61,424 nt of DNA, filler included, from Nemertoderma westbladi (GCA_032718475.1; 3 parts of 3 records of this genome joined end to end with filler, not necessarily neighbours in it), one strand, 5' to 3'; positions 12,867 through 26,904 are shown, counted from the whole stretch's first letter. Numbers and translations are program-made. The notes: generated from the letters alone by a model not told the origin.

Positions 12867-14289
12867 CCCTATTACCACTGGGGGGGGGGGCCGAATCGGC
12901 CCCTTCCTAGTTTTTAGTTGCTGTAACTATGCAACCACATTACGTACCGGCCCAATTTTTTGTGAGAATTAGCCAAATTTAATGCCGCATCTTTTGCAAA
13001 AAACGCCGTTGCCATTGGATTTCTACTTTTCGATGTGGGTGCCACCTCAAAATTTGGTCTCCAGCACCAAATTTTTTGAAATTTTCGAATTTTACAAAGT
13101 CATTCGTGATTTAGTAATTATTTATGTTTGGGCTATTTTTATTTATTTTTATTGGTTTGGATCACTCTAATGCTCTATACAAGTATGTAAGTGTAGTGGT
13201 ACGTCATTTTTGGAGCACCAAATTTAGGGCGTGGCACTTTAAAATTTATTTCAAAATTACTTTATTCAGAAAATATACTAAAGTTCTGATTTCGAAGCAT
13301 TTTTATTGGTTTTCTGGAGCGCTGAATCGATTAAAAGTAGTATAGAAGCCTGAAGACTTAGTGGTTCGCCATTTTTGGTGCACCAAAATTAGGGCGTGGC
13401 ACTTCAAATTTTGAAAAATACGAGATTCGGAAAATACACTAAAGTTTTGATTTGCGAAGCATTTTTATAGGTTTTCTGGAGCGCTGAATCGATTGAAAGT
13501 AATATAGAAGCCTCAAATCCTTTGTGTACGTAATTTTCGGTGCACCAAAATTAGGGCGTGGCACTTCAAATTTTCAAAATTACTTTATCCGGAAAAAACA
13601 CTAAAGTTTTGATTTCAAAAAATGGCTAACTTCTAAGTCTTCAGGCTTCTATATTACTTTCAATCGATTCAGCGGTCTGGAAAACCTATATAAATTCGTT
13701 AAAATTTCAATTTTGGTTTATTTTCCGAATCTCGTATTTTTCAAAAATTTGAAGTGCCACGCCCTAATTTTGGTGCACCAAAAATGGCGAACCACTCAGT
13801 CTTCAGGCTTCTATATTACTTTCAATCGATTCAGCGGCCCAGAAAACCCATAAAGATGCGTTGAAATATAAAAATTAGGGGCATTTTCTGAATATCTAAT
13901 TTTTCAAAATTTGAAGTGCCACGCCCACTTCTTAGGTGCACGAAAAATAGCATCCACTTCAATTTTTGGCAGTGGAATATAATCACATTCGATTCAGCGT
14001 CTTGAAAAACCTACTAAATCTAGCCAACACTGCCACACTATTAGTTTTTAGAAAACGAAAAATTTTGTAATTTTGTCCTGGGACTACTTTTATTTTTCAT
14101 CAAAATTATGAGTCCCTGCTTATGAAATTTTAACTTTTTAAGGTTTGGTAGTGTTCATCTATAGTTGTTTCACCAACAGCCCAAATTTTGTAGGATTTCA
14201 TTGGACGACTACAAAAATATAGTGGGTGGGCCGAATCGCCCCCCCCCCCCAGTGGTGCTAATGGTCAAAACACCCCAGTGGTAATAGGG
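12867..14289. mobile_element. piggyBac-like MITE with internal direct and inverted ~120-bp repeats
   Basis: TTAA TSD; perfect TIR ccctattaccactgggg / ccccagtggtaataggg; subterminal ggccgaatcg(g)ccccc; internal ggtgcaccaaaattagggcgtggcacttc units switch strand near 13625. Confidence 0.88.
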
Positions 14290-14394
14290 TTAACATTGAA
14301 TACATGGTAGAGTAAGACTAGTAATTCATTGAATCAGAATAAATTATTCTTATCGGTTTAACTCACTCATCCGTTATTGTTGTTGTTTTATCTC

Positions 14395-14550
14395 CCGAGT
14401 GCACCCCTCCCGAGTGCACCACTTCAGAGTGCACCCCTCCTGAGTGCACCACTTCAGAGTGCACCTCTCCCGAGTGCACCACTTTTGAGTGCACCACGTC
14501 TGAGTGCACACCTCCTGAGTGCACCCCTCCCGCCGAGTGCACCCCTCTCA
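14395..14550. repeat. GAGTGCACC-core 15-bp tandem repeat
   Basis: About 10 copies of gagtgcaccNNNNNN; possibly the subterminal array of a transposon end near 14566. Confidence 0.8.
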
Positions 14551-14754
14551 AGGGTGCCCGTCTCGACTTATCACATCAGATAAAATTGAAATTACATTTT
14601 ATTGGGAGTAGGTATGACCAAACTGAAGTTCAGCAAAAGGTATTTCAACTACTTAACAAAGCCAGCAGCGTTCTGGATAATACATTACCCAGACAAGCTA
14701 ATCATTCGTCAAAGCGCATATACTAATATCGTCAATACTCCAACGGAGCATTAC

Positions 14755-14845
14755 GTTGATTGCTGCACCAGTGCTGTTGGAGACTGGATCCAGTGCGACC
14801 AGTGCAATAGATGGTACCACAACACTAGCAAATGTGTATCAACCA
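14755..14845 (+). pseudogene. PHD-finger fragment
   Basis: DWIQCDQCNRWYH...CV within ORF 14602-14925. Confidence 0.5.
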
Positions 14846-14919
14846 TAATTGTACCACGTGCACTAGACCAAAAATTGTATTGTGATGAATCTGTCGGAAA
14901 TTTTCTAGAGGAATTAATC

Positions 14920-16362
14920 AATTGAATGGAAGCCAAATCCACCAATCCTCCCCCCTCCTCAATTTTCAATTTTGCTCGCAGTACATCTCGATACTTGTGT
15001 GCTTCAGGTGTAATATTGGGATGTAGAAAAACTCGTTTATATTGTGGGAACTTGGATAGGCGGAAGAACCTTGACAACACCAAGTCACGATCACCTGCAC
15101 TGTTAAATCTTATTTCTACCAGCGCAGTGTGTATTGAAGTCTGCGGTTTCTTATGATGGGTGACACTGAATGAGTTATGTAGTTCACATTCCAATGAGTC
15201 AAGCATGGTAGTAACGAATACGAAATCGCCAGCTTGACCCTCTTGCTTGGTTACATTTTCCGCAAATAATTTATTTTCAGTTTCCTGAATTTCTACGTTT
15301 GAACGCAAGGCCGTTTGGACGCTGTTCTGGATCTTTTCCATTAGATTCACCGGAGCAGTACAGCCACTGTTCGAGGTAGATACTTTAGCCTTTGTTCCAT
15401 GTTTCTCTTTACCACTCACTTCCACTTGGATGAGATATAGGATCGTGTTTGAGATTGTTTGATGTAACGCCGTTAGGTTCTCCTACAGGCGAATCCCCCA
15501 CAATAAACTGATGCAGGTCATTTAGCTGATCGCATAGAGTGTCTAGCTTCTTCCCACAAAATAATCGAGTCTAGAGAACTTAGAGCATTGTAAACATTTA
15601 GCGGAATTTTCGAATGATTTGAGTGTTCCCACCTGGAACACCTGTTGCAGTGCAGACTGTTATTTTCGGCCAGTTTCTTGCAAACCATTATTATTATCGT
15701 CCACTGCAGAGGATTGAATGAGTGGGGTGAATGAGTTTTGGAGCATACCGGTATGCGTTTTACGACTCACAACACCAGTAGCTTCTATATTGGTACCGGT
15801 ACCGATACCAGCAGTATTTTTATTTACATTATTGGCAGCGACTTTATGTTTTTTCTTGGGTGACTTTTTTTTGTCGCGGAATCAATTTCAGAGACTCTAT
15901 CATGTGACCGGTGTCTGAAGTCTGAGTTGCAGGTATCAGATATGACATCTACTCCACTCGATGATTCTGGTACGGAATCGCATTCATTGACTGAGTTCGC
16001 GATCAATGAGGTTGTTTCATCATGGAAGTACAGTACTGCAGATGGTATTCTAACTTGGGATGACTGTCAAACAGCCCTGAACAAATGTTGCATTCTAATA
16101 ATATATCATTAGAAGTGGTCGTATGCTTCGAAATCTGGCACTGGTTGGATACAGTGCCCGAAATTACTGTTCTACCAATAACAGTTTTCTGTCTTGTAAC
16201 TGTCCCATTGCTTGTTGAAGGTCCATTTTTACTGGTTGTTTTACCAGTACTGCCTGGTGGTTGAGCTGTAGGCATGTTGCGGGCAGAGGCCAATTGACTT
16301 CCACAGGAAATTGGGCTATCAAATGGAATCCACTTCTCCAATCCAAATTGATATTTATACAT
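14920..16362 (-). pseudogene. LINE ORF1-like (CR1/L2-type) remnant: CCHC finger + PHD + RRM-like C-terminus, frameshifted
   Basis: CNICSGLFDSHPKLEYHLQYC; manual translation of ~15570-15690 gives VCKKLAENNSLHCNRCSRWEH..SKIPLNVYNAL (PHD); C-terminal VEIRFNS..RDLVL..RVFLHPNITPE. Confidence 0.6.
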
Positions 16363-16961
16363 TTAGACATATTTATAGATAGATAGGCCTAGGCTGTAGG
16401 GTAGCCTGTCTGCCTGTAGGATAGGTACTGGTTTAAGATGGAGTAAAACAAAAGTAAAGTGTCTTGTGCTTGTGTGACAAAGCAATTTCACTACTGATTT
16501 TCAGAAAATTTCAATTAATTGTTTATCAATTCAATCAATCCTTTAATTAGTCTAAATGCACAACGTGATAAACCGTATCTTCAATTGCACTACGCTCTAA
16601 TGTAAATCAAGATGATGGTTCAATTTGCCGCAGGCAAAATTAACTGTTTGACAGGGCAGGGCATTCTAGAAATCACCTGTCTCACAGTTAGAAAGAAGCA
16701 AAACGAACGGACAAAAATCACTCTCCTGGTACTGTACATACGATACATATGAGATTAAAATGACATACAGTATCTTTCAAAGTGGTAAATTTTGTTGTAT
16801 ATCAATGGTAAGTAAAACGAACAAATATTTTTTCAGTATGAACTGATACCGAGTTTTAGATAATTTTTACAGTTGACCCAACATAACATATAATATCAAT
16901 AATTCAAATTTTTCTAATTATTATTATTATATATATAATATATTAGTATATATATATATAT

Positions 16962-17746
16962 TAGGGTGTCCCAAAAAAATAAAAATTTCGAAAATGTCCG
17001 CTCTCACTCCAAAATCGGTTGCTCCTTCCCAAAATAATAGTTCATGCAAAGTTTGAGGAGTTTTGAAAGTGTTTTAGAGGTCCCTCAGAGGCAGGAAAGA
17101 TTTTGGCGACTTACGCAATTCATCACGAAGGTACTATTATGCGTATAATATTATCTCTAGAATTAAAATACGGAGCTGAAAATGAAGCAAACCATTAAAC
17201 TTATAATTTCACAAGCTCTCCTTTGAGTGGTTGCATTAATATGTTTCAATTATATGATTTAAAAATATAATACCAGCAGGTCAGGCGAGATTGATTTAAA
17301 TTACTACTAATATATCACAATAAATGAATAATTGACAATATTAATAAGAAACATGCGCTGTGATTAGTATTAACAAATAATAATATTGACTATATACAAT
17401 ATATAGGACCTACTACAGTTTCATACAACAGTGCTTGTGAGATCACAAGTCACAACAAAGATAAATAAAAAAAAAAATTTAATAGTAAATGAAAGTCCTA
17501 TGAGTTTTACAATATTTAAAGCTTCATTAAGCATGAACGATCAGTTAATGTAAAGTTCTTTCTATGCCACTCAACAAATTGCAGCAGATATTGCTTTTGA
17601 TCTTCATCAACAGTAGAAGAGTTAAACTCTTTTATAAGTCCAATAAATTGCTCAGCAAGGTCATTCACTACTGCTAAGTTGTCTACTAGTTCTTTCCCAT
17701 TACAGTATGAACGACATTTAGGCCACTCAGTACCAGGAACCTGCAA
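16962..17746 (-). mobile_element. hATm-like DNA transposon, 3' end fragment
   Basis: TAGGGTGTCCC terminus at 16962 and transposase C-terminus LAVVNDLAEQFIGLIKEF..DEDQKQYLLQFVEWHR. Confidence 0.7.
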
Positions 17747-17756
17747 AAAGGTGATA

Positions 17757-20700
17757 TATTATTATTATTATTATTATTATTTAAATTCATTCCAAAGGAA
17801 CATAGTAAAATAGATACAAATAAAGCACAAAGTTAATATAAATAGAATATGTAAAGTACGGTATGGTACGAAATAATATATTTAAATTAATTTAATCAAG
17901 TGACTCTAGAGCATCCGCAAAAGTTACACATTTTATACACAGCACGTAAGATAATGTTGTCGGACTTACTAATCCTCGAGATCAAACCAGATACAGATCT
18001 ATATCGTATGTGTACAAACATTGGTAAATTTAATTTACCGCATTCAAATGAAATCCTTGTCACTGTTAAGCCGAGGAAGTTTAAATAGCAAACGAATGCA
18101 ATTATTGTACGCTACTCTTAATTTATTATGTATAGTTACTGAAAAATTATTTTTACACCATAATGCATTACCATATATCTGAGTACAAAAGGCCGTAAAC
18201 AGAATAACCTTAACTGGAAGTGACGCACAGCTGAATTTTCGAATTAAATTAATGGCACACCACGATCAATTAGTTTGCGTAACAAAATCCCGTGATTTAT
18301 CCGATCAAAAGCTTTTGATGCATCTAACATACATATATATATAAATTCGAGTTTTTACTAAGATAATAGCTTATAATTTCTTTGAGTGTGAAGGCACATA
18401 ACTCGGTTCCTGTGATGGGATTGAGTTCAGTGATCCTGACCGGATAAGGTTGTACGCGTCACTTAGCTGCTGGTCTGCAGGGCTGGTAACTTTGGTCGAA
18501 GGCCATTGGGAAAATAACAGAGTTTGTGTTTTTCAGTGTTAATGATTCCAGTATTGACAGCACAGTTGGATATGAAATAATATAGATTGTAACATAAACG
18601 GCAACAGAAGCGATATAGTTACAAAGTTACTATAAATGGCGATAAATGGCGACTATTGCCATTCTGCAACTGTGTGATTAATGAACTGACTGGTAAATCA
18701 GTAATCAGAGTAGCTATATGATTGATACACATGTACATATTGGTTTCACCTCTACGCTACTGTGGCCTTTGCTACCTAATGGATGCCCTGCTGTTCTTCC
18801 CAAAGTGCTCCCCTGCCCACTATTGGCTTATATACTATTTGTCACTTTGGCACTCCCTGTAGGTGTTACTCCCTGATGCTAGCCTCGACTAGCTGGGTTC
18901 TCCCTCTGAGGTGGTTTGACCTCTCACCTCTCTCTGTGGCTTTGGGCGTGTGTCGCCCCCCCCCCCGAGTTGGATATGAGGCGAGATTAATTATTGGTAA
19001 TCTCGCATCGCCAACTATATTGGTAAAATGCCACTGGTCCCATTTTCGGTGGAGAATGAAATGAATTGAATCCGCTTACAGTTCCCGATTTCGGTTTAAA
19101 GCCGAATTGGTTATTAGTTGTATATAGACAGTCTAAGCATCGGCCAAGTATTATGAGTTCAATTAATTTACTAAAACATTTCTTGCAATTGCAATGCCCC
19201 TATAATTATCTTTACTAGTGATATCTTCTCTGTCCTGTCCTTTACTATAGGTATAATAAATGAGCCAATCAGAGTTTCGGCAAATAACCATGAACAAAAA
19301 TAGAGTTAAATAACACAGCGAGCACATTAAGTAAATTGACACCACATCCAAAGATAAAATGTTCACTAGTAAAGAGTAAAGTATCTGTAAGAGTAAGTCA
19401 CTGAGTAAAGCATCGGCCATTTTATCGTTCCTGACAGTATTTTCATTTTTCTTACACGTACATAGTGTACGTTTAAATTGCGCTTTAGTACGCAAGTATT
19501 CGTAATAGATATTCCCCTGCTTAGAGGACCCAATATTGCGCCATAATTTAAAACAGTTTCTGGCAGCCTGATGTTTCTCGTGAATGTGTTCATTCCATCC
19601 TGGAATATGTTTATAATTATTTGTACAATTACCGTAGTCGTTGGAGGTTTTAATAAACTGTTTACTGCTAGATAATAAAATGTTAGTTACATTATTATAT
19701 AAATCATCAATTTCGGTAATATGCTGTCTACAGTTCGGATCTCTACAATCCCGTAGACTATTAGAAAAATGATTTTCACTTAGAATACAATTCACATGAT
19801 CAGCATATCCCGCAATATTGCTATTTTTATAGTCCCAAGTGAATTTATCAGCGCTTAAATTAGGAGCACAATTGGTGGGATCCACTGTCCCCTCGCAAGC
19901 ACTGGATAAATCAACTGGAAGATTTAAAGTAATATTTACCGGTAAATGATCCCAAAACGTCAGATCATAATTTACTGAAATATTATCAATAATATCATGA
20001 GTAACTTTTGCACAAATAATATGGTCTATCCAAGACGTCATTAAATGAGCGTCGCTAATATAAGTGAAAGTATTATCAGGTAAAGTCTCAACATCAGAAA
20101 TAATTAAATTACAAGATTCGGACCATTCTTTAACTTCGTTAAAAAATACTTTTTTAGGATTAGAGTTAAAGTCACCCATTATTATTACATGATTGTAAAC
20201 ATCAGTATGTACAATAGATTTAATCGTACCTAAACATTCTGAAAATAAATCAATATTTTCTGGGCACTCAAAAGGCAAGTAAATATTTAATAGCAAAAGA
20301 CTTTGTCTGCTATTTAGATTTATCGTAGCAGCTAAGAATCTTGCGTTATCGTAATCTATAATATCAATACGGTGAGCGATCGACTTCCTATACAGAAAGG
20401 CCAGGCCACCGTGAGGACGCCCGATTAATAAGCCATCTGAATAGTCGTCTGGGCTGGAGCCCCTCGCTAAAAAATCAGGATGCAGGGTATTTAAAAACGA
20501 CAAATCCTGTTTAGAAAGCATAGTTTCCTGTAAGACCAAAATATCACAGGTTTTACAAATTTCACTAATAACAAACATCGACTCTGCGCACCATACAGAG
20601 TTACAATTAAATGAAGCAATTTTAAGTTTATTCGCCATTTTGATTGTAAAAAAATATTTAAAAGAAATGAATAAAAATATGGATCAAATAAGTTATGGCA

Positions 20701-20962
20701 ATAAGAGTGGCAATAAGAGCACTATTATTTATAAAAAAAAGGAATGTAAATATACACTGTAATGCTGACATTGATCTTAAACTTGAGTCTGGGAGACCGA
20801 GCTTACGTTAACAGCTGGCGAAACAGCACTTGCTGCACTGCGACCTTCCTTGAGAACACGCGGCTCGAACCAGTCTCTGATTAAAGCCCCCTCAGGCCAA
20901 TTACTCGCCGACGGGTTTTTTTTATTTTGAGAAATACTTTTTCTATTCCTATACTTTACCAT
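17757..20962 (-). mobile_element. RTE-X-like LINE, internally deleted (ORF1 tail, intact-looking APE, partial RT, (TAA)n tail)
   Basis: ORF1 tail NWPEGALIRDWF (20777-20962); ORF2 19163-20638 with ASFNCN, LQET, GDFN, WIDH; 17900-18330 gives LDASKAFDRINH then IRKFSCAS..VKVILFTAFC; tta repeats at 17757-17780. Confidence 0.85.
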
Positions 20963-21816
20963 TTATTTCCCTAAATATATTTTAGGTATAAGTCTCGTTT
21001 ATTGTTTTGGTTCTCCCAACCTATCTCTGTAACCTCCCCCTTCACTTACCTGCATAGGCCTACTGTAATACATACTGAAATAGTGAAAACCTTTAGGGGC
21101 AGAAAAAGTAAATTTTAGAATAATAAAAATATAAATGCCTTTTATTTAAATATATAATGATAATTAGATTAGTTAGAATTATAAGTAGATTAATTAGATC
21201 AGTGTCAATGGTAAAAACAATAGATAAATTATGTTAGCGGATGCATACGCTGCATGCCACCTACAGAGAGAATGGGGAACAGGGTGATTTACAAATCACC
21301 CACAGATGTCCAATATCCAATATAATATTGCATACCGAGGAATGTGATGCTAGCTGGGAGATGGTTAACAACACAACTCAGGGGAGAAGCTAACATAGTT
21401 AGCATGGTTTTGGACAGAAGACCTCCTTGCTGAGTTCTGAAGAACAATGCGGGCGAATTAGTTCATACAAGTACCACTCACGCTCAGTGGTCAAACCATC
21501 TGGCTGGTTGACTTTGGGTAGACAATTCGGAAGCTCCGAAATTGGTTTCTGGAGTATCCTTTGAAAATAACTCTTCACTTACTAACATTGTAATGCTAAA
21601 ATTTATAAACAATTACACTAATTAAAAAGAAAGACTGAGTGGAACCTGGTGGGGCCTACAACCAATAGTTTGCAGGCCTGGTTCTCAGCCAACTGGGCTA
21701 CTCCGCCTTGATAGAAATTCTAGAACGCTGTTGGATTAATCTGCATTTTAGGAAGATTGGTTGAATAATTACTTTATTGTCCACACTATTATGAATATTT
21801 TACAGATATTATATTA

Positions 21817-22925
21817 TACTACTACTACTAGGTTGAGCGAACTCGGACAGTGGGAATTATATTCTTCCAGACTTCCCTATTCTCCATAGTTGTCACAATT
21901 TCGTTTCTCCCAAGTTCAGTATCCCTTTCAAGTTGATCTATATATGTTTTGGCCAGTCGTCCACAACTACGCTTTCCATGAGTTGGTTGCCAGAAAAGTA
22001 GATCTGGTATGACCTTATCTTTACTTCACCAGCAGTGCCCACTGAATCTTAATCTGCGTTTCCGGAGGGTGGTTGATACAGGTGGTATTATACCATAAAG
22101 CTCGGTGTTTGTCATGTGTTGTCTCCAGCTGATGTTTAGGGCTGCCCTTAGTAGTGTTGTATAGCAACCACTAATTCGATGTTCAAGTGATTTAGTCAGT
22201 CAGTGTCCAGGTCTCACCCCCGTATAAAAATACACTTTCCACTGTGGCTCGAAAGAACTTAGTCTTCAGGTGCCTGTAGAGATCTGATTTCCAGATGGTA
22301 TCCATTTTTGATAGAGCTACCCAAGCCTTTGTTTTCAGAACTTCTATGTCTTTTTTGCTACTCTCTATCCATGATCCAAGGTACTGGAAGTCGTTGACCT
22401 TTCTTAGTTGATTATTATCAATTGTTGTCAAGTTTCCATTAACATTAAAGGTCATGAATTCGGTCTTTGTAGCATTTATATGCAATCCAAACTCCTTAGC
22501 AGCCCTCTCCATACTTCATTTAGTAGAAGCTGTGCATCTGCTAGTGTATTAGAGAGCAGGGCGATGTCATCCGCAAAGTCGGTGTCTGTTACTGTAGTTG
22601 CAGGATATCTACTACTTCTGCATTCTTGAAATGTGAATCCCAGATCTTCACCCTTTGTGGCCGTCCTCATTGCGTAATCCAGCACAATTATAAATAGTAA
22701 TGGTGCTAATGTGTCACCTTGCAGTTCGCCAGCCAGGATTGAGAAAAACTCAGTTTCACCATCTGGTGAGAGTACCTGCGCTTCTGTGTCACAATATAAC
22801 CCAATGCCAGCAACAATTACTTCTGGTATTCCATCCTAGGATTTCAAGCATTTTACCTCTATGGATGGAGTCAAATGCCTTCTTGAAGTCCACAAAAGTC
22901 ATGACTGCAGGGAGATATGCCTCTT
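21817..22925 (-). mobile_element. 5'-truncated RTE-clade LINE
   Basis: FVDFKKAFDSI, DTDFADD, YLGSWI, FLYGGETWTL fragments; (TAG)n tail at 21817-21830. Confidence 0.9.
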
Positions 22926-23848
22926 AGCTGATTCCTTGTGGGCTGTTATTATATTCTGGTATATTGAATCGGTGGACTGGTCTTCATCCATTGACTGGAG
23001 AGTTCAAAGCGGTTTTGAACTTCTACTGTAGATATTATATAAGATATAACATAAGGGAAATTTTAAGGAAAATAAATTGAACTGTAGTATTTTACTAAAT
23101 TGCCTTCAAGCAATTCCACTTCCCCTATAAATGATAAAGATTTCATTCTCACCTTATAATTTGCCAGTACATGTTTCCTCTTGGGCCTTTTCCCATTTCG
23201 CTAAATCCCTATAGTAGTGGCTGGTAGGGGAAAAGGACCTCTGTGTAGAGTCAGTCTTTGACTTCCACTCCATTCTTTTTAAAGTTGCTTGGACACCTTT
23301 CAACTCCTCCTTTATTTCCACCAAGTAGTGAACAATGTGGTATAAAATATAATTATCACCCACTCCTGCACAATCACGTCAATGCACCCAAGGAAACAAC
23401 CAACGCCCCAATATGGGCATTGGTGGATTGGCGATGCCGTGAGGGGTTATTTGGTTGGTCTTCCCTTTTCCCGTACACAATAGAATCCAAATCGGAAATA
23501 TCCATTGTATATAGAGAACTGGCCTGAATTGTTGCTGAAATACAAGGATCAGTACGTATAGCCTCAGTAACGTAAGGGTCACGCTGCAGGGTTGCTGCAA
23601 TGGCAGGATTGGGTTGAATAGATTCCGTTATGTAATAATGTCCATCACGCCGCAGATATGCTGCAATAGGTGGACTGGCCCGTATAGGCTCCATAATGTA
23701 AGGGCCATGCTGCAGGATTGCTGCAATGGCTGCAGGATGGCAGGTTCGGGTTGAATAGATTCCATTATGTAATGTTCATCACGCCATTAGGGTTCCGATA
23801 TGCACACAAGATTTCTAGCCTCACCTGTCTGTTGTCTGCCTCGTCACA

Positions 23849-24570
23849 TTAAATCATCGTAATAAATTTATCGGTAATATTAGTTGAAATGTGATCAATT
23901 GTGGATTTTGTATATGGAGTTATTCTAGTCGGTTGTTTGATAAGTTGGTTGAAACAATAGGTATTTAATGTATTGATATATTTATTTGATGAGCTTGATA
24001 TATTTAGAGTATTAATGTTAAAATCTCCCGTAATTATGGTATCGTATTTCGCGTCAGTAATATTATTTAGTAGAGTCGTTAGTTCATTCAAAAAATGTTC
24101 TTCAGGGCATTTCCCAGGTCTGTAAATGGTTCCTACTAGTAGTAGTTTGTAATATAATGGGTTTGTTCAGAAGTGGAAAAATGAGAGCGCGTCACCGGGG
24201 GTTGAACCAGCGCCTTTACACCTTTACACCTTTAAAGGTATATTACACCTTTAATTACAGTTGCAACAGCTCATCTCCAATTTATTTAATTAGTAGTAGT
24301 TTGCGGTTGGTGGTAGCTCTGCCTGGGGTCAATAGTATCCAAGTAGACTCACACCCATCTACAGTAAATTGTATTTTCGTAGTGTCATATTCATATTGTA
24401 GTCCTTCTTTGATGTATATTGCAGTCCCACCTCGATCTCGTTTACCGTATTGTCTATTATTTATTAGGGGGCCTACATATCCTTCAATTTTAATTAATGA
24501 TAGATCAGTTCCGTCAGTCAAAAAAGTTTCGGTAAAAGTTAATATATCAAACTGCTTGTTTAGTAGGTGG
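23849..24570 (-). pseudogene. CR1/L2-type APE endonuclease fragment
   Basis: RGGTAIYIK, ESTWI, GTIYRP, ITGDFNIN, QPTRIT..STIDH; interrupted at ~24150-24285. Confidence 0.85.
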
Positions 24571-25120
24571 AGGTAGTTTGTCGTATTTCCCGAGGTACGA
24601 TTTTCTAGATTTTTTGGCCACGGACTCTGGACGCGAAATAAAAAGGCTGAACTGTGAGTTTTTTCGAATCTATCGTTTTGATGGACACGACGGACAGTTG
24701 TCGTTTTTTTTTATGAACGGCTTTAAAGTAGGGTGTAAGGCTCAACAGACGTCGGGAATTGAAAGAAGGGTGTAAAGTAAGATATTTTGTAAATATAAAA
24801 GTTAACAATTGTCCATCGGTTCTCCGTCAAAGTGAAAAAAATGGACAAAATGACCTTTTTATAGCAGACTATATCTCGGCTAATATTTATCGTAAAGGCA
24901 CCAAACCAATAATTTTTTTGTTCATTATGTCATTTATATATCATTTCAGTTTGTCTTATTAATAATTAATCCTATATTACTGGTACTACTAATTATAATA
25001 CTTAATTTCGTGCTAATGGTATTATTATTAAAGCAGAATAATATTTGGGATTACATCATGTTAATTTTGTTAAATTTTTTTTTCGATACAAAATGTCAGG
25101 AGTACACTTCACTCAAATGT

Positions 25121-26231
25121 TTAATTATTTAAACCTTGAAATAATGACTGATCATAACTGGTTCCCACTGCAGTAATTTCTGATCCATTAACATCCTTCA
25201 TTTCAGCTGATTGTAGCAGAAACTTCAATTTACATAGTAAACATGAAAACTCTACTACGGAATCTATACCACAAGTTAATTCATCCATCTGCCTACATTC
25301 CATAGACCCCAAACAACCGCCGGATTTATGAGCAGCTTTTACAAGTAACACTATGTTATTTATACCAATGATTCGATAACCACTGAGTTAATCTCTTTTT
25401 AATTTCGGTTCTAGACCGAAATCTCACAAAATCTCGAATTTCACTGAGTGTCAAACCATAACCACTGTCAAAAATGTCTTGAAGCAGTGGTTTGATGTAA
25501 TTTATAGCTTTGCCTTTAGAGGACGTTGCTTGTTCGAGACCATAAGATTTCTGGCATCGCCTCTTATATTTTTGAATATATGCTTCAAGACAAAGCTTGT
25601 GATAAAATAAATCCGCGGCAAAGACAGCTTGTACATTGTCAAGATCACAGGTTTTGACGTATATTTCATCCTTAAAGAAATTAGTAGCTGCAAGAAATGT
25701 TGTTGCTCTATTTGTCTCGCATATCCTGTATTTCTCCCTAGTACTGCCATGCTTTTGATTACCGCATATAATGCAAGTTAATTGGGTGGGGTCGTCTTTA
25801 GGAAATGACCCTTGGTGACGTGAGGCGATTTCGGACCTGAGCCTTTTAGTTGGACTTGGAACAGACTCATTTTCTTTTCCGTTGGTTTCCTCTATCACTT
25901 CCGGTTCTCTTTGTTTTTTTAGAAGTGTTTTCTTTAATGTGTATAATTTGTAACACTCATTGTTGCAATGATATACAAACTCAGAGTCTAATCCCAGATA
26001 ATTTATCCTTTTCAAAACGATATCTTTTCGGATTTGTGCGGCTCCTATTATTTTCTTTCTACCTTCGGTTGTTCCGGTAACTGTGATATTATCCCCTGAA
26101 CCCCCTAACCTAACTTGTTGACAGATAACACACCGTGAAGCATCACAAACAATTGATGTCCCAAAACCATCTCGAATTAATGTTGTAGTTCTGCAAAGTT
26201 GTAGTCCAACAAGTTCCTTGTTGTCTCCCAT
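25121..26231 (-). pseudogene. Academ-like transposase, N-terminal part
   Basis: Two C2-HC modules (CVICQ..YHCNNECYKLYT; CIICG..AADLFYHKLC), as seen in Academ N-termini; frameshifted and truncated before the DDE core. Confidence 0.65.
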
Positions 26232-26904
26232 TTGAAAAAAAAAACTGTTCGATGTTCAACAAGATAAATAATTATATTATTTATTATATGTACTGTACTT
26301 TTAACACCTTCTTTCTACATTATAAATAAAATATGAAGGGCCTTCTTACGTATAAAATATATATACCCGTATCAAACAATATGAAACTGTAGCTAACACA
26401 GTTTTGTTAGCTACTGGTACTTTTGCATTATATGCCACATATGATTTTTTAATGATTTTTTAATAACATATATTTGCTTTAATACAATGTGTTTGTAAAT
26501 TGTTCTAGAACAATTCTGTGATATTTCTTATTGAAAAATATAGCGAAAGATGTGCAGTAACAGAAATAATTAGCCTACATGGTTATGTTTATGGGGACCC
26601 TGAAGTTCGGAAAATACCATTTAACGAACATTATCGATGAGACCAAGAACTTTTGCTTTCTGTTTTTATGTTAAATTAATGATTTATGTTTAAAATAAAT
26701 ACTTAAAATGATGTTAAAAATAAATACTTAAAATGATGTAACAAATTTTATTAATAGCTATAAATTAGTAGCTAGTATTCTAGAACACAATGTATTTACT
26801 TGCACAGCATAGAAAATATGTATAGGTAACATTATTACATGAAATAATTGGATCTTTTCACAATGTATTAAAAAACAGGTACTGTATATTATGTGGCGTA
26901 TAAC

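Noticed and set aside
330-26231. Academ C-terminal (330-1560, +) and N-terminal (25121-26231, -) parts as one element
   Set aside because: Opposite strands, 24 kb apart, no shared termini.
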